DNA of 64,000 nt from Candidatus Marinacidobacterales bacterium (GCA_965224085.1 CBDCYI010000004.1:64001-128000); one strand, 5' to 3'. Shown: positions 9,544 to 21,101, counted from the stretch's first letter. The notes: generated by a model not told the origin, from the letters alone. Numbers and translations: made by a program.

Positions 9544-10497
9544 ATGCGTGATTGGTTGCATTCCCGGATCGCAGCCATGCTCGCGGGCGCCGGCACGCCC
9601 TTCGACTCGGACAAGCACTTGTTCGAGATCAAATGGGACGGGATCCGTGTGCTCGCTTTTTTCGGCGAGGGCGTCCACAGGCTTCAAGGTCGCAAGCTCA
9701 CCGATGCTTCAGAGCGCTATCCCGAGATCGTCGGCGCTTTAGAAGCTCTGCCTGGCGACGGCATTCTCGATGGCGAGGTCGTCGTTCTTGATCAAGACGG
9801 CCGTCCGGACTTCCAGCGCGTGCTGGTTCGGGAACAAACGAAGACGCGCGATGCGGCCTTGGTCAAAGCTGCACGGCACCCCGTCGTCTACATGGCTTTC
9901 GACTTGCTGTACCGAAATGGGGAGCCGCTTTTCGACCGCCCGCTCATCGAGCGCAAGAAACTTCTCTCCGAGCTCCTCGTCTCGCCGCCCTCCCCCATCG
10001 TCGAGAGCACCTACGTCCTAGGCCAAGGCAAAGCGCTCTTCAAGGAAGCTGAGGCGCGCGGGCTCGAGGGCGTCGTCGCCAAAGCGATCTCGAGCCGATA
10101 TGTCGGCGAACGGTCGAACGACTGGCTAAAGCTCAAGGTGCGACGCCGCACCGACGCCGTCCTCATCGGCATCGTTCGCGCACGCGGGACGAGGAGCGTA
10201 AAGTCGCTCGTCCTAGGCGCCTACGACAACGAAGAGCTCGTTTGGCTCGGAAATGCCGGGAGCGGCCTCGACCACCAAACCGCGCACCAACTCGGAACCG
10301 AGCTCGAGCCCCTGAGTTCTGCGCCGCCCCCAAACTTCTTGGCCGAAGCCCCAGGGGATATCGAATGGTTGCGTCCCGCTCTCGTTGTCCGGATCGAATA
10401 TTCCGAGCTGACGCGGGAGGCGCGCCTCCGCCACCCCGTCTTCATCGGCTTCGTCGACAAGAAGCCAAGAGACTGCCTCCGGCCCGAGCGCTCCTAA
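9544..10497 (+). CDS. ATP-dependent DNA ligase (stand-alone LigD/LigC-type ligase domain)
   Basis: FEIKWDGIR, LDGEVV, AFDLL, EGVVAK, WLKLK and LRHPVF motifs; no polymerase or phosphoesterase domain. Confidence 0.9.
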   Translation: MRDWLHSRIAAMLAGAGTPFDSDKHLFEIKWDGIRVLAFFGEGVHRLQGRKLTDASERYPEIVGALEALPGDGILDGEVVVLDQDGRPDFQRVLVREQTKTRDAALVKAARHPVVYMAFDLLYRNGEPLFDRPLIERKKLLSELLVSPPSPIVESTYVLGQGKALFKEAEARGLEGVVAKAISSRYVGERSNDWLKLKVRRRTDAVLIGIVRARGTRSVKSLVLGAYDNEELVWLGNAGSGLDHQTAHQLGTELEPLSSAPPPNFLAEAPGDIEWLRPALVVRIEYSELTREARLRHPVFIGFVDKKPRDCLRPERS

Positions 10498-10600
10498 CGA
10501 ACCGAACCAGATGCTCCAAGAGATCAATAATTAGAAAAGCACAACGCAAAGTGTCCTGCTTTACGCCTTTTTTATTGTTGTTTTTTTTTGCTTTCGACGG

Positions 10601-11112
10601 CTAGTGCTCCACCCGGATGAGATCCAGGAAATCCTTGATGAGCTGCCCCGTGATCCCCCAGATGTCGTGACCTTCGAAGTGGTAGTGGTAGACATCGCGC
10701 ATCGAGCCGTCGGGCATGCGCCGATTCTCGACCTCGAGAATGTCCGGATCCCGTAGGGTCTCGATCGGCACTTCGATGAGAACGTCCACTTCGTGATTCG
10801 TGCGAAATGGATAAGGGCCGTCGACCGTTCCCACAAAGGGCGTGATACGGAAACCCGTGACCGTGGCACGCAGCTTTCCCTGAGCGCCGCATGGAGCGCC
10901 GTAGGGTCCCCCGGATCGACCGCGCCACCCGGAAACGCGATGTCGCCCGGTTGACGTCGCAGCTTGTCGGAGCGCCTGGTCAGAAGAAGCTTCTCAGGGA
11001 CGTCGCCGACGAGGATCGGAAGGAGCACCGCCGCGGGCCTCAAGCTCGAGCGCAGGCTCCTCGCGGCTCGCCCCTGGAGCCGGCGGCGCGTGCGTATGAC
11101 CCAATTTGTCAT
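10601..11112 (-). pseudogene. NUDIX CoA pyrophosphatase with internal deletion/frameshift near 10870
   Basis: AAVLLP, LLTRRS, FPGG..DPGD..AALRES in one frame; GFRITPFVG and IWGITG in another; the EExG part of the NUDIX box is absent. Confidence 0.8.
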
Positions 11113-11192
11113 GCGTGTCCTTCTTCTGGGAAGAATAGTATCCGACGTGAAGCATTGATGATGCTCCGAAGCCTTGGATATAATCCACTCTC

Positions 11193-11717
11193 ATGATCCA
11201 ATGGAATGCGAGAGGGGCGCTGCGATGCGCCGCGGTAGCACTGCTGTTTCTGGGTCTCGCGGCGAGATCGTCCGCCGGAGACGCTTTTCTTCGAGGCGGC
11301 ATCATCTTCCACCCAAGCGATGTCGAGTTCGCGGGTCGCTGGCGCGCGAGCTTCGGCTCGGACTACGCCGTGAACTTCTCGCAGACGATCTATATCGGCT
11401 TCGAGGTTCAGTCGTCGGTGTTCCGGCAAGACGTTGCCGGAAGCGAGAGAACGGCGACGCTCATCCCCGCCAACGGCTTCGTCAACGTAAAATACAAATC
11501 CGGAACAATCGGGGCCCGCCCTTTTGCCGGCGGCGGCATGGGTCTCATCAACACCTTCGTGATACTCGCCGGAGATAATAGCTGGAACCACAACATGGGT
11601 TTTCACTTGCTCGGCGGCGTCGAGCTCGGGTCGCTCAGCCTCGAAGCGCAACTGCAACGGGCCTTCGAGTCCGGCTCCGTTACGAGCTACGCCTTCTACG
11701 TCGGTTTCATCTTCTAA
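11193..11717 (+). CDS. outer-membrane beta-barrel protein
   Basis: Signal peptide, alternating beta strands, RPFAGGGMG, C-terminal Phe. Confidence 0.75.
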   Translation: MIQWNARGALRCAAVALLFLGLAARSSAGDAFLRGGIIFHPSDVEFAGRWRASFGSDYAVNFSQTIYIGFEVQSSVFRQDVAGSERTATLIPANGFVNVKYKSGTIGARPFAGGGMGLINTFVILAGDNSWNHNMGFHLLGGVELGSLSLEAQLQRAFESGSVTSYAFYVGFIF

Positions 11718-11732
11718 GGGCGCGCGCAAGCC

Positions 11733-12731
11733 ATGACGCTACGCGCGCGAGCACCGACGCGGATCGATCTCTCCGGTGGCACGATAGATCTCTGGCCCGT
11801 CTATCTCCTGATCCCGAAAGCAGCAACGGTCAATCTCGCGATCGACCTCTATACAGAGGTCGAAGTCGAGCCGTCACCGGACCAGCAATGGCACGTTCGC
11901 GAGCGCGTCTCGAAGCGCACGACCTCCGCCGTTTCGACCGAAGCCCTCGCCGAAATGGAAGGGGCTGAGATCGCGGGCCGGCTGCTGACATTTTTCGCTC
12001 CCCACAAACCGTTGCTCCTGAACACGCATTCAAACGCCCCGCCCCAGGCTGGGCTCGGCGCTTCATCTTCTCTCGGGATCGTGATCGCGGGCGCCTTGAA
12101 TGGCCTCACCGGCTTTCGCTACGGGAACCTCGAGCTCATCGAACTCGTGAAGGACATCGAAGTCGAGCTTCTTCGCATGCCTACGGGCGCGCAAGATCAC
12201 TACCCACCGGTTTTCGGCGGCGCCATGTGCCTGTGGTGGGAAAAGCTCCGCCACCGCCGCGAGCCACTCCCAATCGACGCGAACGCTTTCCGCGAGCGGT
12301 TCCTTCTCGCATACTCGCATCAGCCCCACCGCTCGGGCGCGACCAACTGGGAAGTCGTGAAGCGATTCTTCGAGTCCGACCCGACGACGACGGCCGCCGT
12401 GGAACGTAGCGGTCGCACGGCGGCGGAGGTGCGCGACGCACTCGTCGACGGGGACCTCGACCGCGTGGCCGTGCTCATCGGCAAAGATTGGCAAGCGCGA
12501 CGCGAGATGGCCCCGGCGGTGTCCAGTCCCGAGCTCGAGACCATCATCGCCGCGGCCCGCGAAGCCGGCGCTACGGCCGAGAAAGTGTGCGGCGCAGGTG
12601 GGGGGGGATGCATGATTCTCGCGGTTCCCGGGGGCAAGCGTCCGGCGGTCAGCGCGGCGGTGGTCGAAGCCGGCGGGTCGGTGCTCGACTACAACGTCGC
12701 GCCGCGCGGGCTGGAGCTCATGATCGAATGA
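11733..12731 (+). CDS. GHMP kinase (HddA-like sugar-phosphate kinase)
   Basis: RAPTRIDLSGGTID, PPQAGLGASSS, GAQD and KVCGAGGGG motifs. Confidence 0.85.
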   Translation: MTLRARAPTRIDLSGGTIDLWPVYLLIPKAATVNLAIDLYTEVEVEPSPDQQWHVRERVSKRTTSAVSTEALAEMEGAEIAGRLLTFFAPHKPLLLNTHSNAPPQAGLGASSSLGIVIAGALNGLTGFRYGNLELIELVKDIEVELLRMPTGAQDHYPPVFGGAMCLWWEKLRHRREPLPIDANAFRERFLLAYSHQPHRSGATNWEVVKRFFESDPTTTAAVERSGRTAAEVRDALVDGDLDRVAVLIGKDWQARREMAPAVSSPELETIIAAAREAGATAEKVCGAGGGGCMILAVPGGKRPAVSAAVVEAGGSVLDYNVAPRGLELMIE

Positions 12732-13327
12732 GCCCGTCTCGCTCGCGGGCCAGTGTGGTGGCAGTGGGGACGACGCGTCAGCCCAAGCTCGACGCGGTAG
12801 AGCTCGTGTTGCGCGAGCTTCACGAGCGCTTTCCGGAATTCTTACCGGGCGAACTCGGCCTCGAGCCGCGTCAAGTCCCATCCGGGGCTCCGTCTACACC
12901 GACCTCGACCGAAGAAACCATGCGGGGCGCGAAGAATCGTGCGCGGAACACATTCGAGCTCCTCAAGCGCGAAGGTATCACGCCGGCTTTGAGCATCGGG
13001 CTCGAGGGCGGTGTCGCCGCGCAGGACGGCGCCGTGTTCCTCGAATCTTGGGCCTACGTCACCGACGGCAAGCGCGGTTTCTTCGGTGGAAGCGGCTCGA
13101 TCGCACTCCCCGAAGAGCTTTCGGGGGCCGTCCTCGTGCATCGTGAAGATCTCGGCGCCGCCGCCGATCGCTATTTCGAGCGCCGGGACGTCGCAGGACA
13201 TGAAGGAACGTTCGGTCTACTCACGCAAGGGATGGTGAGCCGCAAGGCAGCGTTCGTCCGCTCCATGCTGCATGCGCTCGCGCCGTTCTATAATGCGGGG
13301 GCCTATAGAAGTAAGGAGCAAGTTTAG
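12728..13327 (+). CDS. inosine/xanthosine triphosphatase (YjjX/DUF84 family)
   Basis: [26 protein letters not shown] and GTFGLLT motifs; ATGA overlap with the upstream gene. Confidence 0.8.
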   Translation: MSPSRSRASVVAVGTTRQPKLDAVELVLRELHERFPEFLPGELGLEPRQVPSGAPSTPTSTEETMRGAKNRARNTFELLKREGITPALSIGLEGGVAAQDGAVFLESWAYVTDGKRGFFGGSGSIALPEELSGAVLVHREDLGAAADRYFERRDVAGHEGTFGLLTQGMVSRKAAFVRSMLHALAPFYNAGAYRSKEQV

Positions 13328-13331
13328 AAAC

Positions 13332-13964
13332 ATGGACGTTTTTCGTTCCTATCCCGGCTGCATCGAAGTGATCACGGGCAGCATGTTCAGCGGCAAGAGC
13401 GAAGAGCTCATCCGCCGCTTGCGTCGGGCGCAGATCGCGCGGCAGCGGGTTCAGATCTTCAAGCCCCTCATCGATGGGCGCTACAGCCAAGAACATATTG
13501 TCTCGCATAGCGATATGCGTATCGACGCCGAGATCGTGGAGCACGCGGATGAAATCCTCGAAAAGCTCGATCATCGGACCGAGGTCATCGGCATCGACGA
13601 AGGGCAGTTCTTCGACCTGACACTCGTCGCGGTATGTAATCAGCTCGCCAATAGCGGGAAGCGGGTCGTCGTCGCAGGTCTGGACACGGACTTTTTGGGG
13701 CAGCCTTTCGAGCCCATGCCGCAGCTGCTCGCGGTGGCCGAGTACATCACCAAGACTCTAGCGATCTGCATGCGCTGTGGAAGCCCCGCGAACCAGACGC
13801 AGCGGCTCGTCGCGTCGAAAGATCGCGTGGTGGTCGGGGGTGCTGGCGCGTATGAAGCGCGTTGCCGGCGTTGCTTCGAGCCCGAAGTCGACAAGGATCA
13901 GAAGCGCGACGCAATCGCCGCCCAACTCAAGAGTCCTGCTCAGCAGGGTGGCGCTTCTGACTAG
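13332..13964 (+). CDS. tdk: thymidine kinase
   Basis: [27 protein letters not shown] and YEARCRRC motifs. Confidence 0.95.
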   Translation: MDVFRSYPGCIEVITGSMFSGKSEELIRRLRRAQIARQRVQIFKPLIDGRYSQEHIVSHSDMRIDAEIVEHADEILEKLDHRTEVIGIDEGQFFDLTLVAVCNQLANSGKRVVVAGLDTDFLGQPFEPMPQLLAVAEYITKTLAICMRCGSPANQTQRLVASKDRVVVGGAGAYEARCRRCFEPEVDKDQKRDAIAAQLKSPAQQGGASD

Positions 13965-14122
13965 CCGCCGCTCAGCGCGGCGCGCGAAACGTAAGGCAGG
14001 GAACGGGCGGATAGCGGGAATGTCTAGGGTCTAGCTTTTATCTCCCCTCCAAACATCCGCACCTCTCTTACACATTTGACAGGCTGCAGTCTTCAGCAGC
14101 GTGCCGCTGCTCGCGGTCTCAG

Positions 14123-15765
14123 TTAGTTCTTCCCCTGGCTCTGGAGCTCTTCGGACTCGAACAAGCTCGGCTGGTAGCTTTCGGCATCCGGCGTGCCGTC
14201 GCGCCGCCTCTTCCGGCGCGCTTTGTCCTCGTACATGTTCTTGTCCGCAGCCATCAACAAGGACTCGAGGTTCTGTCCCGCCGCGGGATAGGACGCGAGG
14301 CCGAGCGAGACGCCGACTTTGAGCATCGTGCCAATCCCAACGTCGAGCTCCGTCTCCTCGACAGCCTCCTGTAGACGATAGGAGAACTGGCGCGCCTGCT
14401 CGTAGGTGGTCTTTGGCAAGATCGCGATGAACTCGTCACCCGCATAGCGTACGAGCACATCCGCGTCTCGCATATGGCCCTTCAAGATGCGGCCCACTTC
14501 CTTCAAGAAGCGATCGCCGCTGTGATGGCCATGTCGATCGTTCACGCTCTTGAAATCGTCGAGGTCCATCTCGATGACCGTGAGCGGCTCTCCGTAGCGT
14601 TTCGCCTCAGAAAGCGTCTGCTCGAAAAAGATGTACAGAAAGCGTGAGTTCGGAAGCCCTGTCAAGCGGTCGGTGAAAGCGTCTTCCTGTGTCTCTTCGA
14701 ACCGGGTGGCGTTAAAAAGCGCAATCGAGGCCCGGTTGGAGACGATCTCCATGAGCCGGATATGATCATCGGTATAGCGTTCGTCACCGGCAACGTAAAG
14801 GGCGATCGTGCCGAGCCGGCGGTCCCCGTGAACGAGCGGCGCGAGCAGAGAGTTCGCGTAGAGGCTCTTGATCTCTTCTGGAAGAGCCATCGTGTCGGGT
14901 CCGGGGTGTACGTTGTAGAGAAAACGGTTATTCGCGGCCACCCAACCGGCGAGTCGGGTGCCCATCTCGATCGAAAGCCCGGAGAAAGCTTCTTTGTGCT
15001 GGCCCGCGATATGCGCCGGCCTGAGCTCTTCCGTGGCTTCCTCCGCGAGATAGATGACGAGCGTCGTGAAGGGCACGATCTTCTCGAGCTTGGACGCCAG
15101 AATGGTGAGCGTATCCGTGCGCGATAGTGAGTTGCCAATGTTTTGAAGAATCTCGAACAGGGTGAAAATCTCTTGTTGTGGCTCGGAGATCGAGCTGCTT
15201 AGCGTCGCGGCCTTCGGCGTCCCGACGACGTCGGGCGCGCGCTTTTGATCCCTATGCTCCTTCGGCTCCGAGAGCGAGCGCACGTCGATCGACTTCAGCT
15301 CCTGCTGGAGCTTCGGGATCACGTCGAGGAAGCGCTCGAACACGACCGGATCGAATTTGTGCTTCTCACGCTTCATGATGGTGATCGCCTCGTCGCGACT
15401 GAGCGAGCGCCGGTAAACGCGCCGCGCGGTCAACGCTTCGTAGCAGTCGGCGACCGAGAGAATGCGCGAGCCCAGCGGGATGGCCGTACCTTTGAGCCTG
15501 TCTGGGTATCCCGTGCCGTCCCAGTTTTCGTGATGGTGGCGCACGATCTCGACGACCGGGAATGGAAAATCGATCGAAGAGAGAATCTGGGCGCCGACGG
15601 CGGGATGCGTGCTCATCTTCTGGAACTCGCGCTCGGTCAAGCGTGTCGGCTTGTGCAGGATGTAGGACGGGATCGAGATCTTTCCGACATCGTGCAGCAC
15701 CGAAGCGTAGCGGAGACCCTCATAAGTTGTCTCATCTACCCTCAGCTCTCGAGCCAGGCCCGCCG
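14123..15765 (-). pseudogene. HD-GYP + GAF + GGDEF c-di-GMP signalling protein, 5' end missing
   Basis: LHDVGK, HHENWDGTGYP, GAF region and RYAGDEF; frame begins abruptly at the junction with the ABC gene. Confidence 0.8.
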
Positions 15766-17051
15766 CCTTCTAGGGGCGCGAGCGTGACGTCGATGCCGAG
15801 CTCGCTCAAATCCTCCTGGATGAACGCCCCGGTTCGCTGCCGCTCGTTGCTACCGGTGGTCGTGACGATCGTCAGCTGCACGCGGTTGCCGTCGCGATCC
15901 GAAAGCCGCCCGTCGTCGTGAAAACGGAACCCCGCCACCTCCAGGAGACGGCGCGCCTCGTCCAAATCCTGCTCTGTCGTCACGATGGCCGTGTTGCGCC
16001 AAAAACGGTTGGCGGGCGAGACGGATCCGCTCGCCGCGGAGGCAAGTCCAGAATAGACAACGCGAGCGAGCCCCCGACGGTCGATGGCGAGAGAAAAAGC
16101 GCGGCGAAAACGCACATCCGCGAACCACCGCTTCTTATAGCTCTCGATGGGGCTGTCCGGATTGAGGTTGAACCAGAGCCGTTCAGACACCATTCCGGGG
16201 CCGAGATCCTCGAGCTTGAGCGACGGCTGGCTCTCGATGGTGAGGGCTCGGAACGATTCGGGTGAAATCCGCTCAAGAAGATCGACCTCTCCGGCAGAGA
16301 GTCGCAACGCCCGGGTGCTGCGATCGGGGACGACATCGAAGACGAGCCCGGTGAGCCGCAGATAGACATCCTCTTTCGCGGATCTCCAGTAATAAGGATT
16401 ACGCTCGAGCACGATGCGCTGTCCCGCTTCGTAGTCTCGAAGCCGAAACGGCCCGAGCCCGACGATAGTGTCAACGCCCGCGCCGAGGCCAGTATCCCGC
16501 ACGAGCGTCCCGTTCTGAAGGCTCTCAGCCAAGCGATGCGCAGGAAGGATGCGGATGCTGTCGAAGATGCGATCGACCGTTGCGGTCCGCCGCGGCAACC
16601 GGAAGGCGACAGTCACATCATCGACGAGCTCGGCCACGATCCGCTCGCCGTCGATCTGAGCGGTGTCCACGAGGGGACTTGCGACTTCGGGATCGTTCAG
16701 GACACGGAACGTGAAAACGACGTCCGCCGCTGTCAACGGCTCACCGTCCGAAAACCGCACGCCCTGCTTCAGCCGAAATACGAGCGTCTTGCCATCCTCA
16801 GAGAATTCCCAGGACTCGGCGAGCGCCGGCTCCATTGCCTGGGTTTCCTGGTTCAGCCGTATCAGCGGCGCGTGGAGCTGGTCCGTCACTAGCTGCGTGG
16901 TGACGTCCGCGGAGAGCAGACTATTGAACGTCGTGGGCTCGCGGTTGATGGCCACGCGCAGAACACCGGTGTCCGGAGCGGGTCGTGATGAGCACCCGGC
17001 GGCGAATCCCCCCCAAATAACGAGAACGCAGAAGAACAACCTTTGCGGCAT
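15766..17051 (-). pseudogene. peptide/nickel ABC transporter substrate-binding lipoprotein, 3' end missing
   Basis: Lipobox FAAGC, PALAESWE, VRFSDGEPLTAADVVFT, GLGPF and RRAFSLAIDR; ends at the junction with the HD-GYP gene. Confidence 0.8.
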
Positions 17052-17302
17052 GGCAAATCTCCTTCTTCTGCTAAGAAGCGCGAAAAACGTGCCGTTGATC
17101 CTATCACTGCTGTCAACGCCACGAGGTGCTCGAAAAGATCAATCTTAGGACGAAATTTCTCTCTTTTTTCGTTTTTTTCTTTTTTCTTTTGCGCCTTGCG
17201 CCTTTGCGCTACGCTTTTCCCAATATTGATCCTTTCGTCGAAGCGCCCGTCCCCGCACTAGCCGCAAATTGGAATCGAGCTTGCTATAGTGTGATCGACG
17301 CT

Positions 17303-18127
17303 ATGGAAAGTGGGATTCACGCTCAAAACATAATCCTGCCGACGCTCTACGCGCTGTTATGGGCTGACTACGCTCTTTTGTTCTTCCGTAACGACCCGTT
17401 CGCGGAACGGACCGCAAAACACTTGCTCCGCATTACGGTAGGCGCGCACGCGATCTACCTCGTGATGCGCTCGATGACCTACCACCACTTTCCAATCGCA
17501 ACTGTTTTCGAAGCCTTCTCGGTACTCGCTTTCTCCGTGATCGCTCTCTATTTGGTCATCGAGTCGCGTATCGGTGTGCGGACGACCGGGTTTTTCATCA
17601 TCGGCATTGTTTTCGTTTTTCAAACAATCTCCTCGGCCTTCGTAGAAGCGCCGGAGAGCTTCAGCGATCTCCTCTGGGAGCCCGCCTTCATTCTCCATGT
17701 GACGACAGCACTTCTCGGTTATTCGGGGATGGCCATCTCCGCGGTCTACAGCCTGCTCTATCTGATGCTCTTTTACGACATCAAGAAGCACCGCTTTGGC
17801 CTCATCTACAAGCAGCTACCTTCGCTCGAAGTCATGTCGAGCTTTACCTATCGTTCGGCCACGCTCGGCCTTGTCTTTCTCACCATCGCCATGGTGGGTG
17901 GACTCGCGTTGCTCGTGAGGGTCTACGGGACCTATTGGAGCTGGGACCCGAAGCTCATGATCACATTCGTGGCCTGGCTCTTTTACGGTCTCTGCGTAGC
18001 GGCGAGCCGCTTTTGGGGATGGTCGGCCAAACGGGTCGCCTTTACTTCGATCACGGGATTCGCCATCATCCTCTTTTCACTGGTCGTCGTGAACCTCGTC
18101 TTTACCCGTTTTCACGAGTTCGTCTGA
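17303..18127 (+). CDS. cytochrome c assembly protein (CcsA/HemX-like)
   Basis: Polytopic membrane protein with LHV, LPSLE and WSWDPK motifs; overlaps the hemA start. Confidence 0.82.
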   Translation: MESGIHAQNIILPTLYALLWADYALLFFRNDPFAERTAKHLLRITVGAHAIYLVMRSMTYHHFPIATVFEAFSVLAFSVIALYLVIESRIGVRTTGFFIIGIVFVFQTISSAFVEAPESFSDLLWEPAFILHVTTALLGYSGMAISAVYSLLYLMLFYDIKKHRFGLIYKQLPSLEVMSSFTYRSATLGLVFLTIAMVGGLALLVRVYGTYWSWDPKLMITFVAWLFYGLCVAASRFWGWSAKRVAFTSITGFAIILFSLVVVNLVFTRFHEFV

Positions 18128-19413
18128 TGGATCTCATCGTAGTCGGGATGAACCACCGAACCGCGCCCATCGACGTACGTGAGCTCGTGGCTTTCTCGGA
18201 GGAGGAGATCCGAGACGTGCTCGCCCATATCCACGCGGATGACACGCTCTCGGAAGCGATCCTGCTCTCGACGTGCAACCGCACCGAGTTCTACGGGCTT
18301 TCGACGGATAACGGCGCCGCGGAAACGTACATCCGCAACCTGATCGTCGAAAAAAAGCAGATCGACCTCGAAGCGCATCCGGGCTACGCCTATACGCTCA
18401 CGCGCAACGAGTCCGTACGGCACTTACTGAGGGTCGCGGCAGGCCTCGACTCGCTCGTTCTCGGCGAATCGCAGATCCTGGGACAAGTGAGGCGCGCCCA
18501 CGAGCTCTCGCTCGAAAGCCGCGCCTGCGGCATTGTTCTCAACCGTATCCTTCAATCCGCGGTGAGCGTCGGCAAGCGGGTACGCAACGAGACCGTCATC
18601 GGCGCCGGCGCCGTCTCGATGGCGAGCGCAGCTTCCGAGCTCGCGGGCAAGATTTTCGAAGACCTCAAAGCGCGCAGAGTGCTCCTCATCGGGGTCGGCA
18701 AGATGGGAGCTCTCACCGCACGCCATATGGTAGAGCGAGGCGTCCGTCAGCTCGTCATCGCGAGCCGAACCTACAGCAGAGCGGAAGAACTTTCGCGCCA
18801 GCTTGGCGGCAAGGCCGCGCCCCTCGACCGCCTCGAAGAGTGCTTGGCGGAAGCCGACATCGTCATCAGCTCCACGGGCGCGACGGCGCCCATCGTGACC
18901 CGCGAGATGATGTTGCCCATCGTGAACCGGCGGGGCAGCCGCCCAATCTACGTCATCGACATCGCCTTGCCGCGCGATTTCGAGAGCAGCATCGCCGATC
19001 TGGACGGCGTGTTTCTGCACGATCTCGACGATATGAACGTGCTCGTCGATCGCAATCTCGGGAAACGCCGCGAGGAGATCCCGAAAGCCGAGGCCATCGT
19101 CGAGCAAGAGCTTGAGAACTTCGCCTCCTGGCGGAGCTCGCTCGCCGCCACGCCCGTTATCAAGAAGATCCGCGAGCGCTTCGAAGCCCTGCGCAAACAC
19201 GAGCTCGAGCGCCATCGGAAAGGGTTCTGTCGAGACGATCGCGAGCAAGTCGACCTTTTGACCGAGAGCCTCGTCAACAAAATCCTTCACCCGCTGATGG
19301 ACCATGTGCGCGATTGGAGCAATACGGACGAACTCGGTGCCCTGCGTATCGACACACTTTACGAGGCGTTCGACCTCGAACGCTCCGGCGAGGACTCGAA
19401 CAAGAAGCACTGA
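18127..19413 (+). CDS. hemA: glutamyl-tRNA reductase
   Basis: GMNHRTAPIDVRE, LSTCNRTE, GLDSLVLGESQILGQ and DIALPRD motifs. Confidence 0.95.
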   Translation: MDLIVVGMNHRTAPIDVRELVAFSEEEIRDVLAHIHADDTLSEAILLSTCNRTEFYGLSTDNGAAETYIRNLIVEKKQIDLEAHPGYAYTLTRNESVRHLLRVAAGLDSLVLGESQILGQVRRAHELSLESRACGIVLNRILQSAVSVGKRVRNETVIGAGAVSMASAASELAGKIFEDLKARRVLLIGVGKMGALTARHMVERGVRQLVIASRTYSRAEELSRQLGGKAAPLDRLEECLAEADIVISSTGATAPIVTREMMLPIVNRRGSRPIYVIDIALPRDFESSIADLDGVFLHDLDDMNVLVDRNLGKRREEIPKAEAIVEQELENFASWRSSLAATPVIKKIRERFEALRKHELERHRKGFCRDDREQVDLLTESLVNKILHPLMDHVRDWSNTDELGALRIDTLYEAFDLERSGEDSNKKH

Positions 19414-19432
19414 TCGCTGTGAACGGATACTG

Positions 19433-20344
19433 ATGCGCCCCTTACGTGTCGGAAGTCGCAAAAGCGAGCTGGCGCTCATCCAGAGCCGGTCGATCATCAC
19501 CGCTCTCGGGGGAGAAGCCGAGCTCGTCCTTATCCAGACGCAAGGGGACCGCGTTACCGATCGACCGCTCAACCAAGTAGGGAGCGCGGGACTGTTCATC
19601 AAGGAGATCGAGTCCGCGCTCCTCGAAGAGCGGATCGATCTCGCCGTCCACAGCATGAAGGACATGCCCTCCGAGATCCCCGAAGGACTCGCGCTGGCAG
19701 CCACGACGAAACGGCTCGACGCGCGCGACGCGCTCGTGAGCCGGGGCGCGGACAGCCTGGCCTCGCTTCCCGAAGGAGCGAAGATGGCGACAGGAAGTTT
19801 GAGACGGCGCTCGCAGCTTCTCGCGGCGCGGCCGGATCTCCACATCGAAGATCTCCGGGGAAACGTGCAGACGCGGCTCAAAAAGTTCGACGCCTCGTCC
19901 TGGGAAGCCATCGTGCTCGCGGGCGCCGGGCTCGTGCGTATGGGGCTCGATGCGCGCATCACGTCTTATTTCTCTGTCGACGAAATGATCCCGGCCGTCG
20001 GTCAGGGAGCGCTTGCGCTCGAAACCCGCTACGACGACGATCTTCGAAATCGGCTCCGAGAGATCAACCACCCGGCATCCGAGAGTGCGATCCTTGCAGA
20101 GCGCACCTTTCTCCGCCGTCTTCAAGGTGGTTGCCAGGTCCCGATTGGCGCCTACGGCGAGATCGAAGCGGGAGAGCTTCGCCTTCGCGGCTTCGTGGGC
20201 GGGGTCGATGGCCGCCGCTATGAGAAAAATGAGAGGCGCGGCCCAGTCGCCGCGGCGCAAGAGCTCGGGCTCGCGCTCGCGGAAGACATGCTCGCGGGCG
20301 GCGCTTCGGAGATCATCCAGGAACAGGCGGAAGTCGATGAATGA
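19433..20344 (+). CDS. hemC: hydroxymethylbilane synthase
   Basis: GSRKSELALIQ, AVHSMKD, GSLRR, PAVGQG and GGCQVPIG motifs. Confidence 0.95.
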   Translation: MRPLRVGSRKSELALIQSRSIITALGGEAELVLIQTQGDRVTDRPLNQVGSAGLFIKEIESALLEERIDLAVHSMKDMPSEIPEGLALAATTKRLDARDALVSRGADSLASLPEGAKMATGSLRRRSQLLAARPDLHIEDLRGNVQTRLKKFDASSWEAIVLAGAGLVRMGLDARITSYFSVDEMIPAVGQGALALETRYDDDLRNRLREINHPASESAILAERTFLRRLQGGCQVPIGAYGEIEAGELRLRGFVGGVDGRRYEKNERRGPVAAAQELGLALAEDMLAGGASEIIQEQAEVDE

Positions 20345-21101
20345 CAAAAAACTCCTGGCGGGCCGGCGCGTCGTCGTGACGCGCCCCGCACGCCAGGCGA
20401 CGTCATTAGTCGCACGGCTCGAAGCTCTAGGCGCAGAGGTCATTCACGCGCCGGCGATTCGCATCGAGCCGCCAGAGAGCTGGGCGCCACTGGACGAAGT
20501 GCTCGCTCGGATCAAAAGCTACGACTGGATCGTTTTCACAAGCGTCAACGGTGTGGAAGTCTTCCACGAGCGTGCCGCCACGATGCCGGCCGTGCGCTAC
20601 GCCGCGATTGGACCGGCGACAGCGGAAGCCATCGCCGAGCGCGGCGCGCGCGCGGAAGTTATCGCGGAGCGCTCCATCGCTGAAGCGCTATTCGACGCCT
20701 TGTCGGAGCACACGGACGTGAAGGCGCAAAAGTTCCTGCTCCCACACGCTGCGATCGCGAGAGAAGCGCTGCCGAATCTATTGCGCGCCGCGGGAGCAAC
20801 GGTCGACGTCGTCGCCGTCTATCGGACGCTGCCGGCAACAAAAGAAATCGAGCACGCGGTGAAGCTCGTCCGCGAAGGCAGCGCGGACGCCGTGACCTTC
20901 ACGTCGGGCTCGACGGTGCGCGCGTTTTTCGACGGCGCGGACGAGGCCGTTCGAGCGCAAACGGTCTCCGCGAGCATCGGCCCCATCACCAGCGCTGCCC
21001 TGCGTGCGGAAAGAGTCGAGCCGGCGATCGAGGCGGAACGCTACACGACCGAGGGCCTCGTCGACGCCATCCGCGGCCATTTCTCGAAGCTGTCAGGCTA
21101 A
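20337..21101 (+). CDS. hemD: uroporphyrinogen-III synthase
   Basis: [22 protein letters not shown] and VTFTSGSTV motifs. Confidence 0.92.
   Translation: MNDKKLLAGRRVVVTRPARQATSLVARLEALGAEVIHAPAIRIEPPESWAPLDEVLARIKSYDWIVFTSVNGVEVFHERAATMPAVRYAAIGPATAEAIAERGARAEVIAERSIAEALFDALSEHTDVKAQKFLLPHAAIAREALPNLLRAAGATVDVVAVYRTLPATKEIEHAVKLVREGSADAVTFTSGSTVRAFFDGADEAVRAQTVSASIGPITSAALRAERVEPAIEAERYTTEGLVDAIRGHFSKLSG

Noticed and set aside
14062-14088. Resemblance to the Tn5 mosaic end/Nextera adapter (TCTCTTA-CACAT-TGAC-GCTGC)
   Set aside because: Needs two indels and several mismatches; adapter contamination would be near exact
17160-17220. T-rich tract with GCGCCTTGCGCCTTTGCG; a similar T-rich tract at 10530-10595
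   Set aside because: Looks like degenerate low-complexity or REP-like sequence; no clear repeat unit or structure could be established
17270-17285. Sigma54-like TGGAATCGAGCTTGCT before ccsA
   Set aside because: Weak -24 match and only about 7 nt of leader; also overlaps a TATAGT -10-like hexamer, so it is ambiguous
18424-19962. Long antisense ORFs (also 35480-36943, 44201-46291, 50704-52059, 27711-28922)
   Set aside because: Shadow frames opposite well-supported genes in GC-rich DNA; no motifs
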